Shown piece by piece: positions 10,382 through 20,280 of a DNA stretch of 64,000 bases. The stretch comes from Thermogemmatispora sp. (GTDB lineage Bacteria > Chloroflexota > Ktedonobacteria > Ktedonobacterales > Ktedonobacteraceae). The first letter of the stretch is position 1; the number at the start of each line of letters is the position of its first letter. The notes under the pieces were generated by a model that saw nothing but the letters and a program-made list of their open reading frames with translations, ran no database searches and was not told where the DNA came from. Location of the stretch: positions 78,442 to 142,441 of the forward strand of contig NZ_JBHOQV010000156.1 of assembly GCF_042408735.1 (NCBI RefSeq), given 5' to 3'. A program made the translations under genes and the position numbers.

Positions 10382-10521
10382 AATCTATCTGGCTGGCTGA
10401 TCGGCTGGCTCACCGGGGGTTAGCAGCACCCGCCTGCTCCCTCCCTCCCCAGTAGCCTGGTCAGGCACCAAGTTTGGCCTTGCTCACTCCGGCAGACCGC
10501 CCGACCACTCCAGACCGCTGC

Positions 10522-11661
10522 TCACAACGGCCGATGCACCACATTGGAGCTGATGCCCAGGCGCCAACCAGTATAGGCATCGATCACAACCTCCTCCAGC
10601 GCGCCGCGGTCCAGGCTGCTGAACTGCTCCGGCTCCGCCTGGATCTGCTGCAAATCGGCGCGCATAAAGAGGCTGTTAGTCAGCACCGCCCCAGACAGGC
10701 GCGCCTGCTGTAAATTGGCGGCGCGACAATCGGCGGCATAGAGATAGGCGTTAGACAGGTCGGCCCCCTTGAGCAGGGCCTCCACCAGCGAGGCTCGACT
10801 GAGGTCACAGCCACTCAGATCGGCGCGCGAGAGATTGGCCCTGGCGCAGTCAACCTTGCTCAGATCTGCGTTTCTGAGCACCGCCTGGAACAGATAGGCC
10901 CGATTCAGGCTTGCCCCCCGCAGATTGGCTTCGTGGAGAGCCGCATCGACCAGATTGGCCCCGTAGAGCGAGGCTCCACAGGCATAGACTCCGTTCAAAT
11001 TCGCTTTACTCAGGACCGCCAGGTTGAGGCGCGCCCCGCTCAGATTGGCCCCACTCAGGTTGGCCTCACGCAGATGGGCTCCCACCAGATTGGCCCCACT
11101 CAAGTCGGCTCGACTCAGATCGGCCTCGTCCAAGACCGCCCCGCTCAGGTCGGCTCCGCTCAGGTCGGCTCCAGCCAGATTGGCCCGGCTCAGATTGGCC
11201 AGACTCAGACGGGCCTGGCTTAAATCGCAGCGACGGAGATCGACGGCGATGAGGCCAGCTTCGACCAGCATCGCCCCGTGGAGATCGGCTCCGCGCAGAT
11301 CGACGCCCCCCAGATCGGTCGAGCGCAAATCAGCCTCCCGCAAGGAGGCTCCCAGGAGATTGGCCCCGATCAGGTTGACGCCGATCAGAAAAGCCTTGCT
11401 CAGGTTGGCCCGGCTCAGATTGGCATGACTCAGGTCGGCCTTGCGCAGATAGGCCCCACAGAGATAGGCCCCGCTCAAATTCGCCTCAGAGAGATTAGCT
11501 CCGCGCAGATTGCCCCCACTGAGATCGACCTTCTGCAGATCGAGCCGGCTCAGGTCAGCCCCATCAAGCATAGGAACACGTTCCTGCCGATAGGCCTGGA
11601 CAATCTCCACCAGGGCCTCCTCTCGCCCAAGTCCCCCTAACTGCGGCTCCATCTCAAGCAT
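10522..11661 (-). CDS. Pentapeptide repeat protein
   Basis: About 300 aa of A(D/N)LxG-type repeats (ANLSG, ADLSR). Confidence 0.9.
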   Translation of the reverse strand: MLEMEPQLGGLGREEALVEIVQAYRQERVPMLDGADLSRLDLQKVDLSGGNLRGANLSEANLSGAYLCGAYLRKADLSHANLSRANLSKAFLIGVNLIGANLLGASLREADLRSTDLGGVDLRGADLHGAMLVEAGLIAVDLRRCDLSQARLSLANLSRANLAGADLSGADLSGAVLDEADLSRADLSGANLVGAHLREANLSGANLSGARLNLAVLSKANLNGVYACGASLYGANLVDAALHEANLRGASLNRAYLFQAVLRNADLSKVDCARANLSRADLSGCDLSRASLVEALLKGADLSNAYLYAADCRAANLQQARLSGAVLTNSLFMRADLQQIQAEPEQFSSLDRGALEEVVIDAYTGWRLGISSNVVHRPL

Positions 11662-11667
11662 ACAACC

Positions 11668-12300
11668 TTACAATCCTTTCCTCTGAATGATGCCATGTTG
11701 CTCCAGCTCACTCAGCAGCTGGCTGACCACCCGCGGCTCCTTCCCCATCAGCTGAGCCAGATCGAGCACCCGGCGCCGGCCATCAATCAGCAAAAAGAGC
11801 TGGCGATGAGCACGCGAGAGCCGGTATTGCTCGATCAATAGCAGAGCCTGCTGGAAGGGCAGCACAGGGCAAGGGATAGCGTAGTAAGAAGCATCAGAGG
11901 GACGAGTATCCCGTCCCTGCCCGCCGACACCCGCTCCCGGCTGGGTGCCACGAGTCGAGACGGCAGGTGGCCCTTGCGAGGAGGCAGAGGTCGCCAGGTC
12001 TCCTGGCTGCCTCACGCCGGCAACCAACCATGCCAGGAGCTGTTTGGTTGTCTCATCAAGGACTGCGGGATTAAAGCTAAAGCGACACCTCCCCCAGGTA
12101 CTCAGCCAATTGAGGGCAGCATGATCCTTGCGGCGACCGGCGCTGGCCTGGGTCACCTGACCCTTCACAAAGGTAATCGTTCCCTCCTCGAAGAGATCGC
12201 CAGTCCCCCGCCAGACCGTCAGCGTGCCACTGCCACGCGCAAGCTGGATCAGCTGAATGATGGTGACCAGGTGGTCCGTCACGCCTTCCTGCTCTGACAT
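11668..12300 (-). CDS. DUF4388 (PatA-N-like) domain protein with C-terminal wHTH-like segment
   Basis: IQLIQLARGSGTL...GTITFVKGQVTQA...AALNWLSTWG; C-terminal LFLLIDGRR..LAQLMGK...LLSELEQHGII. Confidence 0.65.
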   Translation of the reverse strand: MSEQEGVTDHLVTIIQLIQLARGSGTLTVWRGTGDLFEEGTITFVKGQVTQASAGRRKDHAALNWLSTWGRCRFSFNPAVLDETTKQLLAWLVAGVRQPGDLATSASSQGPPAVSTRGTQPGAGVGGQGRDTRPSDASYYAIPCPVLPFQQALLLIEQYRLSRAHRQLFLLIDGRRRVLDLAQLMGKEPRVVSQLLSELEQHGIIQRKGL

Positions 12301-12567
12301 AAGCCTGCTCCCCAGAGAAACCAGCCATAACCGTCAACCCCAGATCAAGACATCCCTGTCAGGACACATGAGCCTGGACTAGATAGCGTTCTCGTAGCAG
12401 ACAGAACCAGACCATCCGGAGAAAAAAGGGCAAACAAGGTCCGTGGTCGCTGAGAAGAGGCGAAGGGCACGACGCCTTCACTTTGGCCGGGCACCCGCCG
12501 CCTCTGCCCGCCTGGCTCTCTCTTCCATCTTCCAGGAGCCAGCCCAGCAAACCTTCTACCAGGCTCA

Positions 12568-14163
12568 CTAGCGATTGGCGACACGCTCGCTCTCTAGAGA
12601 GAACGCTCCGGCAGAGGAGCTTTGGCTGAGCTGACGCGCCTGCTGCAGAAGGCGTTCCTCCGAGAAACCCGTCACCGGGCGGATCGCATAATCAGTCGGG
12701 CTGGTGTTATCCTGGCCACGAGGGAAGCCGAACAGGTCAAAAAGGGGCGTCAGAGCACAAGAGAGGACCAGATTCAACACAAGCCCGGCGAAGGCAGCAT
12801 AGACATTGAACGAGAGGCCACCCAGCGTCAATGGGTAGACCGTCGCAAAGTTCTGCGTGAGTACCATCCAGGTGCCGAGGATCATTCCCCCCGCCCAACC
12901 ACAGATCAGAGCCAGGTGATGGAACCAGCGCGTATAGAGGCCCAAGAGGACTGCCGGCAGGATCTGAATGATCCAGACGTTGGCAAAAAGCTGCAGATTA
13001 ATGGCGAAGTCCGTCGGGAAGAAGATGATGAAGAGCAAAGCCCCGAACTTGATCACCAGCGAAGCCGTTTTGGCCACCGCCGATTCCTCGCGCTCCGTAC
13101 AGTTGGGATGGAAATATTCGCGGTAAATATTGCGCGTAAAGAGATTGGCAGCCGCGATGGACATCACACCAGCGGGAACCAGGGCCCCAATAGAGATGGC
13201 GGCAAAGGCAAAGCCGGCCAGCCACGGCGGCAACATGCTGGCGAACAGTGAGGGAAGAGCACTATTGGTTTTGTAGAGAGGCGACGGCTTGATACCGGCG
13301 GCAATCGCTAAAAAGCCAAATAGCCCAATGAGGGACTGCAGGAAAGTATAGGCCAGCAGGAACGGCAGCGTCCTCTTCAATGTCCGGCGACTATTGGCGC
13401 TCAGCATGGCGGTAAAGGCGTGAGGATAAAGGAAGAGCGCCATCGCGGAGCCAAGAATCAAGGTAGAGAACGTGCTATACTGGGCCGGAGAGAGGGTCAA
13501 CTTGCCAGCAGGAACCGCAGCGAAGACACGCGACAAGCCTCCCAGACGAAGAGAGATGATGACAAAGCTAACAATCGCTACCAGCCAGATGGAGAGGTCC
13601 TTAAAGATTGCAATGAGGGCCGGACCACGCAAGCCGCTGACATAGGTATAGAGGGCCAGGATGAGGAAGGCAATGAAGAGGGCCAGCTCGACGTTGATCC
13701 CCATCTGGGCAATACAGACCTGGATGCCGTAGATCTGAATGGCAATATAGGGCATGGTGGCCATAATACCAGTGACCGCCACCACCAGCGCCAGGGCGCT
13801 GCTGCCGAAACGCTCGCGTACAAAGTCGGCCTGGGTGACATAGCCACGATGACGGGCAATCACCCAGAAGCGGGGCATCATGAGCAAAGCAAAGACAAAA
13901 GCCAGGGTCAGATAGGGCGAGGCAAAAAAGCCCTGCGCCCCCTGAGCATAGACCAGGGCCGGCACCGCCATGAAGGTGTAGGCGGTGTAAAGATCACCCC
14001 CTATGAGAAACCAGGAGACCACCGGCCCAAAGCGCCTTCCCGCCAGCGCCCACTCCTGCAGCCTGTTTAGATCCCCTGGCCGCCAGCGCGAGGCCAAGAG
14101 GCCCATGATGGTCATCGCAATGAAAACACCTACGAAGACCGCCAGCATTCCCCATTGAATCAT
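12568..14163 (-). CDS. Sodium:solute symporter (monocarboxylate MctP/YhjB-like)
   Basis: Many TM helices; EWALAGRRFG, GGDLYTAYTFMAVPALVY. Confidence 0.85.
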   Translation of the reverse strand: MIQWGMLAVFVGVFIAMTIMGLLASRWRPGDLNRLQEWALAGRRFGPVVSWFLIGGDLYTAYTFMAVPALVYAQGAQGFFASPYLTLAFVFALLMMPRFWVIARHRGYVTQADFVRERFGSSALALVVAVTGIMATMPYIAIQIYGIQVCIAQMGINVELALFIAFLILALYTYVSGLRGPALIAIFKDLSIWLVAIVSFVIISLRLGGLSRVFAAVPAGKLTLSPAQYSTFSTLILGSAMALFLYPHAFTAMLSANSRRTLKRTLPFLLAYTFLQSLIGLFGFLAIAAGIKPSPLYKTNSALPSLFASMLPPWLAGFAFAAISIGALVPAGVMSIAAANLFTRNIYREYFHPNCTEREESAVAKTASLVIKFGALLFIIFFPTDFAINLQLFANVWIIQILPAVLLGLYTRWFHHLALICGWAGGMILGTWMVLTQNFATVYPLTLGGLSFNVYAAFAGLVLNLVLSCALTPLFDLFGFPRGQDNTSPTDYAIRPVTGFSEERLLQQARQLSQSSSAGAFSLESERVANR

Positions 14164-14579
14164 ATGTCTCTTCTCCTATGGCACGAGTCTTGCAGGAAAA
14201 CGCCACATCACAGCTCTGTGTATGCTAAATGAGGCTGGCCCGCTCCTTTTATCCTCTCGCGTGAAGAGCCACTCAACTGTAATGCTTCATCTCATTATCT
14301 GTACCTTGTGCACTGTACATCGGGCTAATTCAGTCTGGTCCTTCCTCTCTCCGCCTGGTTCGTTTTTATCATGTTGTATGCTCTTCGATAAGTGTCAGTA
14401 TAGCACTACATCAAAGTACGGCGAGGGACCATAGCCTTTTTTTCCCAATCAAGGCAGGGTTAAGCCGCTTTGGCCTCTTCCGAGGGCCTATACTAGACCT
14501 GAGTAGTCCGGCCTGGTCGGTAGCGGATTGGTTGCTGTCTCAGCCAGACCGGCCAGGGCAAGCATGATCCGGAGAGGGT

Positions 14580-14795
14580 GTGACAACCATGCTACCTGAA
14601 GAATCGCTTCGCAGACGTGGGCGTCTCTGGCCCTTCACGCTCCTGCTCATCCCTTTTCTAACCGCCGTCTGCCCGGCTCTCTATAACCAGGTGGAACCAA
14701 CCCTGTTCGGCGTTCCGTTCTTCTACTGGTTCCAGATGTTCTGGATCATCGTCACCGCTACGATCGTGGGCCTGGTCGCCATGCTGACCGACTAG
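14580..14795 (+). CDS. DUF3311-like small membrane protein (usual SSS partner)
   Basis: LLLIPF...YNQVEPTLFGVPFFYWFQMFWI signature. Start is GTG 14580 or ATG 14589. Confidence 0.75.
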   Translation: MTTMLPEESLRRRGRLWPFTLLLIPFLTAVCPALYNQVEPTLFGVPFFYWFQMFWIIVTATIVGLVAMLTD

Positions 14796-15404
14796 CCAGG
14801 TGCAGCAGGCAAGGCAATACCCCTTTCTGCAGCCTGCCAGCAGCTCCCTTTGGCAGCCAGACCCCATCTGCGGCGGCCCATGTCGGGCAATCTTCGGCAC
14901 AGCGGACAACCATGGCAGGCTGGAAGGGTTCTATCTGTCCTTCTTCTACCTGTCCGGCAGGACTCTTCGATTTCCTGGGACTTTCTACCTTCTTTTGATT
15001 TCTGTGCTGATACTCCTCTGAAGGAGGGCCTATTGGCCCTGCCTCTCCCTGTATAGACTGGCGCCTGCCCTGTCGGCGGTCAATCTACTTACCGGCAGCC
15101 GTACTTGCCTTGCAGGCTGCCGTGTGGTATGACTTTGCTATGATGCGCCTTCAGCGGATGCCTGCTTTGAGCCTTGCCCTCCAATGGCCAGCAAGCAGGT
15201 CCTGTGCTGGCTCTATGCTGACAGGTAGGGCTGCCTCTCCCCCTGCCAGCGAGTTTGTAACCGCCCCGCTGGTTTCCCCGTTGAGATTACTGGCATCTTC
15301 CGATCACAGTAGCAGCAGCCCCCTTCCTCATGCTGGCCCGCCATCCTCTCGCTATTCATTAATATGAAAATGATGTTCGTTTTGAAAGAGTACTGGAGCG
15401 AGCA

Positions 15405-17633
15405 ATGTTAGAAGAGCAAGACGAGAACAAAACGGTACCGCGCCCCGTGCCAGTTCAGCCAGAGGCCCCTTCTCAGGCCGCGTCCCGGGAAGGACAGCCA
15501 GGCCAAGGAGAGGCCAGGCAAGATTTCCATTCGGCAGCAGGGATCTCAGGCAAGACGGTCATCCAGGGAGAAGGCAGCGTTGCCAGTCAGACCGAAGCCG
15601 TCGTTGATGGTGAGCCGGCCTCGACGAGCGCTCCAGAGCCTGCGCGGCTGGCCGCTGTGACCGTGGAGGAGCTGCTCGATCTACAGATTGCCTCGGACCC
15701 TCAGCTCTCGCCCGATGGCTCCCTGATCGCTTTCACCCTTCAATGGAACGATCGCAGCGCCCAGGAGAGCAAAAGCGCCATCTGGGTGGTTCCCAGCCGG
15801 AAAGAGGCAGCCGGCAGGGCCCGTCAATTGACCGCTGGGGAACACCAGGACTTCGCTCCCCGCTGGTCGCCACGGGGCGATTGGCTGGCTTTTCTCAGTA
15901 CTCGCTGTGGAGGGAAACCGCAGATCTTCTTGCTCCCGCTGGGCGGCGGGGAGGCACGCCAGTTGACCAGGCTGCCCAATGGCGTGAGTGAGTATAGCTG
16001 GCGACCCGATGGCCAGGCCCTGCTCGCGCATAGCCCCTGGAAGCCGGCTGATGATCAGCTTCAACAGGCTGAGGCGGGCAAGGAGGAGCCGGCCCAGGTC
16101 TACACCCGTCTCGATGAGCAGTGGGACGGTGTCGGACACTGGCATGGACGCCGAATGCAGCTGTGGTTCGTTCCTCTGGAGGGGGAAGCCGTACGCCTGA
16201 CCGCTGAGCCGGTGCATTTGCTACAGTCATGCTGGTCGCCTGATGGCAGTGCAGTCGCCTTCTGCGCCAATCGCCGCCAACAGCCCGACCTTAGTACGAG
16301 TATGGCTCTCTGGGTATTGACCCTGGCCACGGGACAGCTCCGCCGATTGACTCCTGAGGAGGGTCTGGCTCAGATGCCCGCCTGGTCGCCCGATGGTCGC
16401 TATCTTGCTTACTACTATGCTCCCGATCAGACTGAGACCTGCAATATCACCCCCTGGGTTGTGGCCGCCGATGGCAGCCAGGAGCCGCGCCCCGTCTTTC
16501 CCGAGCAGGCAGACTATACCTGTCAGGTCACCATCGTTGACGAGCTGCGTCCCCCCAACGAGTGGCTCACCCGCCCACAGTGGTATCCTGACAGTCGCCA
16601 TCTGCTGGTGACGATCCATCAACGAGGCCAGGCCCATCTCTACCGTGTCGATTGCCAGACCCAGGAGCTGACTCCTCTGACCGGCAGCAGCGGGCGCTAC
16701 CTAAGCCCCCATTTGGCCAGCGATGGCTCATTGATCGCAGTTGTGCGGGCCGATTGGTTTACGCCCGGCGACATCTGGTCTCTACGGGGTGAAGGCTCAC
16801 AGCTCCAGCGCCTGACAGCCGTCAATGAGCGTTTTCTGCGCAACCATCAACTGGTCCGTCCCCGTCGCCTGACGTGGCAGGCCCCTGACGGGCTGTCGAT
16901 CGAGGGCTGGCTCTACCTGCCACCATTGACTGCTGGCCAGCAGGCCCCGCTGATCCTGGCCGTCCACGGCGGGCCAAGCTGCGCTTGGGGCGATGCCTAC
17001 GTCCATGAGTTCCAGGTCCTGGCAGGCCAGGGGTTCGCTGTTCTGGCCGCTAATCCGCGCGGCAGCGATGGCTACGGCGAGGCCTTTCGCCGTCGCATCC
17101 TTAACGACTGGGGCGGCGAGGACCTGGGCGATCTGCTGGCTGGCCTGGACTACGTTATCAGCATCGCCCCTGTCGATGAGCAGCGTCTGGGCATCACTGG
17201 CCTGAGCTATGGAGGCTATATGACCGCCTGGGCCATCACGCAGACAACACGCTTTAAGGCTGCGGTCAGTCGCAACCCTGTGACCTATCTGCCGAGCTGC
17301 CGTTTGCTCTCAGATCAGACTCTCTGGTTCGACCTGGCAATGGGCGGGGCCGGCGAGGAACACCTCCTTGAGCGCTCCCCCCTGGCTTTTGCAGACCGCA
17401 TCACAACGCCCCTCTTGCTTCTGCACGCCGGCGATGACCTGCGCTGTCCCTTCAGTGAGTCGCTGCAATTGTTTGTTGCCTTGCGCAGACGCCGCCAACC
17501 TGTCGAACTGGTGCGCTATCCGGGCACCAGTCACACGATGGATTGGCCAGGGGTCGGCACTCCAGCTCAGCGCTGCGATCGGCTGCGTCGTACGCTGGAG
17601 TGGTTTCAGCGCTTCCTCTTGCCGGAAGAGTAG
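15405..17633 (+). CDS. S9 family (prolyl oligopeptidase/acylaminoacyl) peptidase with beta-propeller
   Basis: Repeated PxWSPDG; VHGGP; nucleophile GLSYGG; DDLRC; TSH. Confidence 0.9.
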   Translation: MLEEQDENKTVPRPVPVQPEAPSQAASREGQPGQGEARQDFHSAAGISGKTVIQGEGSVASQTEAVVDGEPASTSAPEPARLAAVTVEELLDLQIASDPQLSPDGSLIAFTLQWNDRSAQESKSAIWVVPSRKEAAGRARQLTAGEHQDFAPRWSPRGDWLAFLSTRCGGKPQIFLLPLGGGEARQLTRLPNGVSEYSWRPDGQALLAHSPWKPADDQLQQAEAGKEEPAQVYTRLDEQWDGVGHWHGRRMQLWFVPLEGEAVRLTAEPVHLLQSCWSPDGSAVAFCANRRQQPDLSTSMALWVLTLATGQLRRLTPEEGLAQMPAWSPDGRYLAYYYAPDQTETCNITPWVVAADGSQEPRPVFPEQADYTCQVTIVDELRPPNEWLTRPQWYPDSRHLLVTIHQRGQAHLYRVDCQTQELTPLTGSSGRYLSPHLASDGSLIAVVRADWFTPGDIWSLRGEGSQLQRLTAVNERFLRNHQLVRPRRLTWQAPDGLSIEGWLYLPPLTAGQQAPLILAVHGGPSCAWGDAYVHEFQVLAGQGFAVLAANPRGSDGYGEAFRRRILNDWGGEDLGDLLAGLDYVISIAPVDEQRLGITGLSYGGYMTAWAITQTTRFKAAVSRNPVTYLPSCRLLSDQTLWFDLAMGGAGEEHLLERSPLAFADRITTPLLLLHAGDDLRCPFSESLQLFVALRRRRQPVELVRYPGTSHTMDWPGVGTPAQRCDRLRRTLEWFQRFLLPEE

Positions 17634-17843
17634 GCTCAGCTTAGCGCCGTTTAGCGTCTTGCGGGCCTTCCAGGCCGATAAGGTCCACCCTTGCCCAAGA
17701 CATCACAGGCACGCAAGAAAGAAAGCGGGCGTAAGGAAGGGAGAGCAGCAGATCTGGCCTCCTCTTCTTACGCCCGCCCATATCCCCATCTGGGCCGCTA
17801 GCGCTCGCTGCGCTGGCAGCCCTTCCTGCACTTGCATCGGGCA

Positions 17844-18254
17844 TCAGTGACCCGGCAAGAAGATAAGGACCATGCAGACGAGAGCCGCAAGCACCAGAAG
17901 CAGACAGTAAAGGCCCGCCACTAGACGCGAGAGGGTCTGCGCGCTTGGACTCCAGCTCAGGCTCCGCCAGGCCGTTCCTCCGCTCACAAGGACGATTCCC
18001 AACAGGAACAGAACGGCCAGCGCGTGACCCTCGATGATCTCAACGGTGCTGCCAGTCAGCAAGACAAGTGGCGTCAATACGGCTGAGAAGAGGAGAATGC
18101 CCGCCACAATGTCCAGGGCCGCCATCCCCAAAAAGGCAGTCTCCTCGAAGCGATAGTAGCGCAGCCGAGAGGTGGCCCTGACAAGGATGATTAGCGCTGC
18201 GATATAGGCAACCAGGCTGAGCAGAATAAACAGAAAAATAGACATACCTCGCAC
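17844..18254 (-). CDS. Hypothetical membrane protein
   Basis: 136 aa with about four hydrophobic segments. Confidence 0.6.
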   Translation of the reverse strand: MRGMSIFLFILLSLVAYIAALIILVRATSRLRYYRFEETAFLGMAALDIVAGILLFSAVLTPLVLLTGSTVEIIEGHALAVLFLLGIVLVSGGTAWRSLSWSPSAQTLSRLVAGLYCLLLVLAALVCMVLIFLPGH

Positions 18255-18559
18255 AAGAAAGATGTGTTGTCTTTGGAGTATTCTCTGCTACAAGCGCATT
18301 CTTATCCCTTGAGGCTGAAACTCAGTCCACTAGAGTAGACGTGCGAGCACGACTTCAGGTTTCTGCCAACCCTTTTTTGCCCTGGAGAGTGGCAACTCGG
18401 CGCCAGCGGCGTCGTTTGCGCGCGTTTGCCTTGCTTATGAACCCGGAACTACCCTACACGAAGGCCGAAGGCGTCTGATATTTCGATATCCGGTAGTTTT
18501 GTATTTTACCCTCCCCAGGTAATCCATCTTCGGCGGATGGGACAGGATACCCGAAAGCA

Positions 18560-18587
18560 TTGACAATTCGAAATACACAGGTAGACT
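18560..18587 (+). promoter_or_regulatory. Sigma70-like promoter for the APC permease genes
   Basis: TTGACA-16 bp-TAGACT, 35 nt upstream of ATG 18622. Confidence 0.5.
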
Positions 18588-18621
18588 TCTATTAAAAGCT
18601 CTGCTTCAGGCTCTCTCTGCT

Positions 18622-20163
18622 ATGAGGCAACGAGAAAGGAAGGGCATGAACCTTATGGAAGTGGAAAGTCCTGGTGCTCAGCTAGCAACACATCCGTCAT
18701 CAGGAAGGGCATTACCTTCCGAGCAGTACGTGGAACGGGTGATGCCCCCTGTCCTGGGGACGTTGGATATGACGGCCATCTTTTTAGGAGCCATCTTCTA
18801 CCTGTCGAACAGCGCTACAGCTGCTACGGCTGGTGCGGTTTCCTTTCTCTACTGGCTGGTCTGTGGAGTCGCCTTCTTCCTTCCCTGTGTTTTGAGCACG
18901 GCTCAGCTGGGGCTGCTTTTCCCCTATGAGGGCGCCCTCTACAACTGGACCTATCGCACGCTGGGAACCTTTTGGGGCTTCTTTGCCGCTTTCTGCGCCT
19001 GGCTACCGGGTATTCTGGCACTTGTTAGCGGCTTCGGCACGGCGATCACCTACCTGCAAGGTCTGCACGATGGCTGGCTGGCAGCCCCCTGGCAGCAGGG
19101 AATGGTGATTGTCTTCCTCATTCTCCTGGGCACCGTTCTGACCGTACAGCCGTTGCGTGTGCTGCAGAGCGTGCTCAACGTTACTGTTGGTCTGCTTCTG
19201 CTGGCGGTGATCCTGATTACTGTGGCAGCCTTTGTCTGGCTGGCGACAGGTCATAGTCCGGCAGCACCCTTCGGGCATCTGGACGACTGGCGACCCGGGC
19301 CGGCCAACTTCGTGCTCTTTGGCTTCCTTGTTCAGTCCTACCTGGGCACCGAGGTTCCTCTGGCAATGGCCGGCGAGATCCGTCCCGTTCAACGCCGACG
19401 AGTGATTCTGCTCCATCTGCGCTGGGGGACGCTGCTCGTCTTCGCCAGCTATCTTCTGACAACCTTCGCGGCCCTCGTGGTGCGTGGACCAGAAGGGGCT
19501 TCCGATCCCATCGTCTTTATCAGTGTGGTCGATCAGGCCCTGGGACGAGCTGCCGGCAACGTGACAGCGGTCTGTCTGCTGTGTTTCTTCATGGTTGCTC
19601 CGCTGATCTACAACTATACCTTCGCCCGCCTGCTGCTCGTCGCCGCTATCGATGGACATTTGCCAATGAGCCTGGCCAGGGTCAATCGAGCACGGGCCCC
19701 GGCTAACGCCATTTACTTCCAGTCGGTAGTGGCTCTGGCTTTCACGGCCCTGAGTTATTTCGCTCTTCCTTACCTTTTCCCTCTCGGCCAGCCAGCCGAT
19801 CTGTCAACGATCATTTTCACCGTTTCGCTGGCTGCCCTGACCCTGGTCTGGTTGATCTCGATTCCTTTTCTCTTTATCGATGTGCTGGTGGCTGCGCGCC
19901 GTCAGCCGGCGATCTTTCACGAGCATCGCCTGCTCCCTCTTCCCCTGTTCTGGTTGCTCGCCCTCTTCGGGACGCTCTCCTGCCTGCTGGCAATCGTGGA
20001 TACCCTGCTGAACTCCTGGATCCCCGATCTGCTCACGCCGACCGCCTGGTGGCTCGCCGTCGGTGGCACAACCCTCGCCTGCCTGGTGCTGGGCTTGGTG
20101 GGCAGCATGGTGGCTCGCGGTGAGGCAAGCTGGGAGCGCTGGCGCGGCCAGGCCGGCCTGTGA
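18622..20163 (+). CDS. APC family amino acid permease
   Basis: About 12 TM segments; PYEGALYNW, LGTEVPLAMAGE. Confidence 0.85.
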   Translation: MRQRERKGMNLMEVESPGAQLATHPSSGRALPSEQYVERVMPPVLGTLDMTAIFLGAIFYLSNSATAATAGAVSFLYWLVCGVAFFLPCVLSTAQLGLLFPYEGALYNWTYRTLGTFWGFFAAFCAWLPGILALVSGFGTAITYLQGLHDGWLAAPWQQGMVIVFLILLGTVLTVQPLRVLQSVLNVTVGLLLLAVILITVAAFVWLATGHSPAAPFGHLDDWRPGPANFVLFGFLVQSYLGTEVPLAMAGEIRPVQRRRVILLHLRWGTLLVFASYLLTTFAALVVRGPEGASDPIVFISVVDQALGRAAGNVTAVCLLCFFMVAPLIYNYTFARLLLVAAIDGHLPMSLARVNRARAPANAIYFQSVVALAFTALSYFALPYLFPLGQPADLSTIIFTVSLAALTLVWLISIPFLFIDVLVAARRQPAIFHEHRLLPLPLFWLLALFGTLSCLLAIVDTLLNSWIPDLLTPTAWWLAVGGTTLACLVLGLVGSMVARGEASWERWRGQAGL

Positions 20164-20280
20164 GAAGAGGCCCGGGCGCCCCTGACTACCCGAGGGATCT
20201 GCCTTCCCTCTGACGGCCTTGACTGAGCGTCCCGATTCGACTGATGATACAGGACAAGATCTTTCTCAAGGAGGCTTGCT

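Noticed and set aside
10933-11640. Repetitive plus-strand ORFs (QIGPAQ...)
   Set aside because: Antisense shadows of the pentapeptide repeat gene.
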